A stretch of 64,000 nucleotides of DNA from Eledone cirrhosa. Its lineage: Eukaryota. A model generated the notes under the pieces. That model saw only the letters and a program-made list of their open reading frames with translations. It did no database searches and was not told the DNA's origin. The stretch lies in contig OZ024742.1 of assembly GCA_964016885.1 (NCBI GenBank), forward strand, positions 237,646,001 to 237,710,000, in the 5' to 3' direction. Below are positions 61,091-64,000 of this stretch, one piece after another; within the stretch, counting starts at the first letter, position 1; each line of letters begins with the position of its first letter. Position numbers and translations under genes: made by a program.

Positions 61091-61769
61091 TAAAGAAGAA
61101 GAAGAAGAAGAAGAAGAAGAAGAAGAAGAAGAAGAAGAAGAAGAAGAAGAAGAAGAAGAAGAAGAAGAAGAAGAAGAAGAAGAAGAAGAATGATTATTTC
61201 ATCTCTTTCTCTTCTCCTCTACTTCAAAGAAATATATAAACACTGAAGATTAATCAACTTTCCTGATCATTACATGCGAATAAAACAGTTCTAGTCCTGT
61301 AGAAGTTATTCTATTTTCATTGTTCAATACACTCATACGATCTGAACAATGTAAATAAACACAGACAATGCGTAATGTCTGGGTTTCCATGTCATTTCAT
61401 TTTTTTAAATATATTATGACAATGTTTACAAAACTGCCTCGAAACTTAATTCACACTTGTATATGTATTTTTATATATTCATTATACAAGTAATCGATAA
61501 ATTTCAAATTGTTCGAATAAATCTAAGACTTCCACTTTTTATAATTTATTGTTCACATATTTTTCCTCCAGAGAAATATTTAACACTTTCTCACAATACT
61601 TTAAAAAATATTGCTGTTCATAATTTTGAAATGCAATAGTTTAATTCCGAGATAAGGTAGTGTCTACCCAGAGAACGATTTAACATTTCTCTCATAACTT
61701 TAAAATAGGAGACGGCAGTTATCTGATTTCACAGAGTATAAAAAAAGAGACCAGTTTCATATATGTGTA

Positions 61770-63435
61770 TTATTATTATTATTATTATTATTCTTTGAGT
61801 CTCAGTCATTGATGTTAGTTAACTGGAAAGTTTGTTGAAATGAATATCAAGCCACTACCTGCAGTCTCAGATATTCGGAGGGTTCTTGCTGTTCCCAGCA
61901 AGCATATCTTTTGAAGCGTTCCAAAAAGCGTGAAGGGCCAATTTTCTTTAACCATCCCTGGAAACATTTTGAGATAGTCCCTAGTGCGCCTATGACAATC
62001 GGGATCACTTTGACTTCATGGCAGTTCCAAATCCTTTTTACCTCCCACTTTAAGTCCTGGTATCGGTTAATTTTCTCCCTCTCCTTCTCTTGCACTCTCG
62101 TGTCGAATGGGCAGGCCACATCCACAATCAGGCACGATCTTTTTTCTTTGTCCAAAACCACCAGGTCAGGCCTATTGTGTTCCAGTTTCTTGTCCGTCTG
62201 TATCCTAAAATCCCACAGCACCTTCACCTGATCGTTTTCTATCACCGACTCTGGCTTATGCTCATACCACTTCTCAGAATGTAGTAAATTGTTTACTTTG
62301 CATAGGTGCCAGTGGATCACCCTGCCCATCACATCATGTTTCCAGCCCTTATAGTGAGTCTGGGCTAGGTGTTTACACTCGGATACAATGTGAGCCACAG
62401 TCTCCTCTCTCTCTCCACAGATCCTGCACAGTGGGATAGCCTCCTCCTTGTAAAAGTGGTGTTTCAACCACTTCGTTTTGAGGGCCTGCTCCTGCACAGC
62501 CAATAACATTCCTTCTGTAGCCTTTTTAAGGTCTCCTCTTTTCAACCAGTTCCATGTCTGTGGATCTCTAAATTCAGTTTTCTCAAAGAAGGTACTATGA
62601 AGGGATTTTTCCTGAAGGCTGCTCTTTCTCCTTGATGTTATTTCCTCCTTGGACATCGCCTGGCCTATTGTCCCCTCCTTCAGTACAGTTCTGAGCATTG
62701 ACTCCTTACTATCAGTCACGTATTTGTGTAGGTTGTATTTCTCCATCTGAACACAGTCCTCTATGCTGATAAGACCTCTTCCACCTTCAGATCTCCTTAA
62801 GTAGAGTCTATCGACATCACTCCTCTTGTGGAACATATTGTAGATAGTCAATAGCTTCCTAGTCTTCCTATCCATTTCTTTTTGTTCAGCAACATTCCAT
62901 CTCAGAATTCCCGCACTGGACCTAATAATAGACACAGCTCGGGAATTTACTGCACTTATGGCATTCCTACTGTTCAGATGTGACTTTAATACGCTCCTTA
63001 CTCTCCGAAGGTATTCAGTTCTTATCAATTCCTTCACTTTTTTGTTCTTGATGTCATCAGCCTCCAGAACGCCCAAATACTTGTATCCTTCCTCAGAGTC
63101 AATTTCCTTTATCATCTCACCTGTTGGTATCTGGATTCCGTTACTTCTGCTCAACTTACTCCTCCTCATCACAATGACTCCACACTTACTAATACCAAAT
63201 TGCATACATATATCATTGCTGAAAATACGGACAGTGTCAACAAGCACATCCAACTCCTTCTCACTCTTCCCGAAGAGCTTAAGATCGTCCATGAAGAGGA
63301 GGTGATTGATGGTAAGCCCTCACTTTCCCAACTTGTATCCTGCTCTCACTTTTCGCAGTACACTGGTCAGGGGCATCAGGGCAAGGACAAACAACAGAGG
63401 GGACAAACTATCTCCCTGGAAGATACCTCTCTTAA
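61770..63435 (-). mobile_element. R4/Dong-clade RLE non-LTR retrotransposon, 5'-truncated, ending in (TAA)n
   Basis: RGIFQGDSLSPLLF, MDDLKL, YKYLGV, RLYLRRSEGGRGL, CRICGEREETVAHIVSEC, NRPDLVV..IVDVACP..EKINRY; (TAA)n at 61769-61792. Confidence 0.92.
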
Positions 63436-63507
63436 AGAAAGTCGTTGGGACATGTAAATAAAGGGAACAGCGAGAGTGTAAACAAACAAAGATGGTGAAG
63501 ATATATG

Positions 63508-63582
<75 letters not shown>

Positions 63583-63794
63583 GTGTGTATACATATATCT
63601 TCACCATCTTTGTTTGTTTACACTCTCGCTGTTCCCTTTATTTACATGTCCCAACGACTTTTTTAGCCGTTGCTCGCACCAACCGGAGGTATATGGTCTT
63701 TAAAGCGAAGAAATACCGATGATGGTTGGAAGATCACTGATGAAGGACCACTTTATTCATATGTAACCCATTTGCAACTCCGCAGCACGTTTAT

Positions 63795-63800
<6 letters not shown>
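63431..63800. mobile_element. Fold-back copy of the 20731/53869 family: inverted arms about 63431-63515 / 63583-63665 around (CA)n(TA)n, then tail to (TA)n
   Basis: AAAGAAAGTCGTTGGGACATGTAAATAAAG...GATGGTGAAGATATATG versus CATATATCTTCACCATC...CATGTCCCAACGACTTTTTT. Confidence 0.82.
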
Positions 63801-63884
<84 letters not shown>

Positions 63885-64000
63885 TAAATCTTATATAACA
63901 ATCGTAGTGATCCAATCCCGAGTATATTCCACCATTAGCAATAGTAAATTATTCATTGTGATACGACTTCTTAGTAAAACCACAGAACCAGAAAAGAAGA

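Overview
Gene-free, repeat-dense animal DNA. The SINE types and the density of (TA)n/(CA)n/(GATA)n tracts suggest a cephalopod such as octopus; this is recognition from memory, not a database result. I found no host exon, rRNA, tRNA or CRISPR array, and most short ORFs in the track are microsatellite read-throughs or antisense shadows. The recognisable coding DNA is all decayed transposon: two Tx1/L1-clade LINEs (1-3961 and about 41780-46870, minus), four Penelope-like elements (PLEs; RT and/or GIY-YIG), an R4/Dong-type RLE LINE ending in (TAA)n, two CRE-like RLE relics, a Helitron Rep relic plus non-autonomous Helitrons, and many tRNA-derived SINEs. The most notable signal is non-coding: a set of unrelated 0.2-1.1 kb elements embedded in (TA)n tracts that share a 'fold-back hairpin + unpaired tail' or short terminal-direct-repeat architecture. 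Several carry minimal type-I hammerhead ribozyme motifs with long stem II extensions (clearest at 30635-30701 with its mirror copy, and 48656-48737). One three-copy family shows compensatory changes across a hairpin of up to about 110 bp. These look like a community of non-autonomous, ribozyme-bearing mini-PLEs, accompanied by fold-back inverted duplications of flanking DNA at (TA)n tracts.
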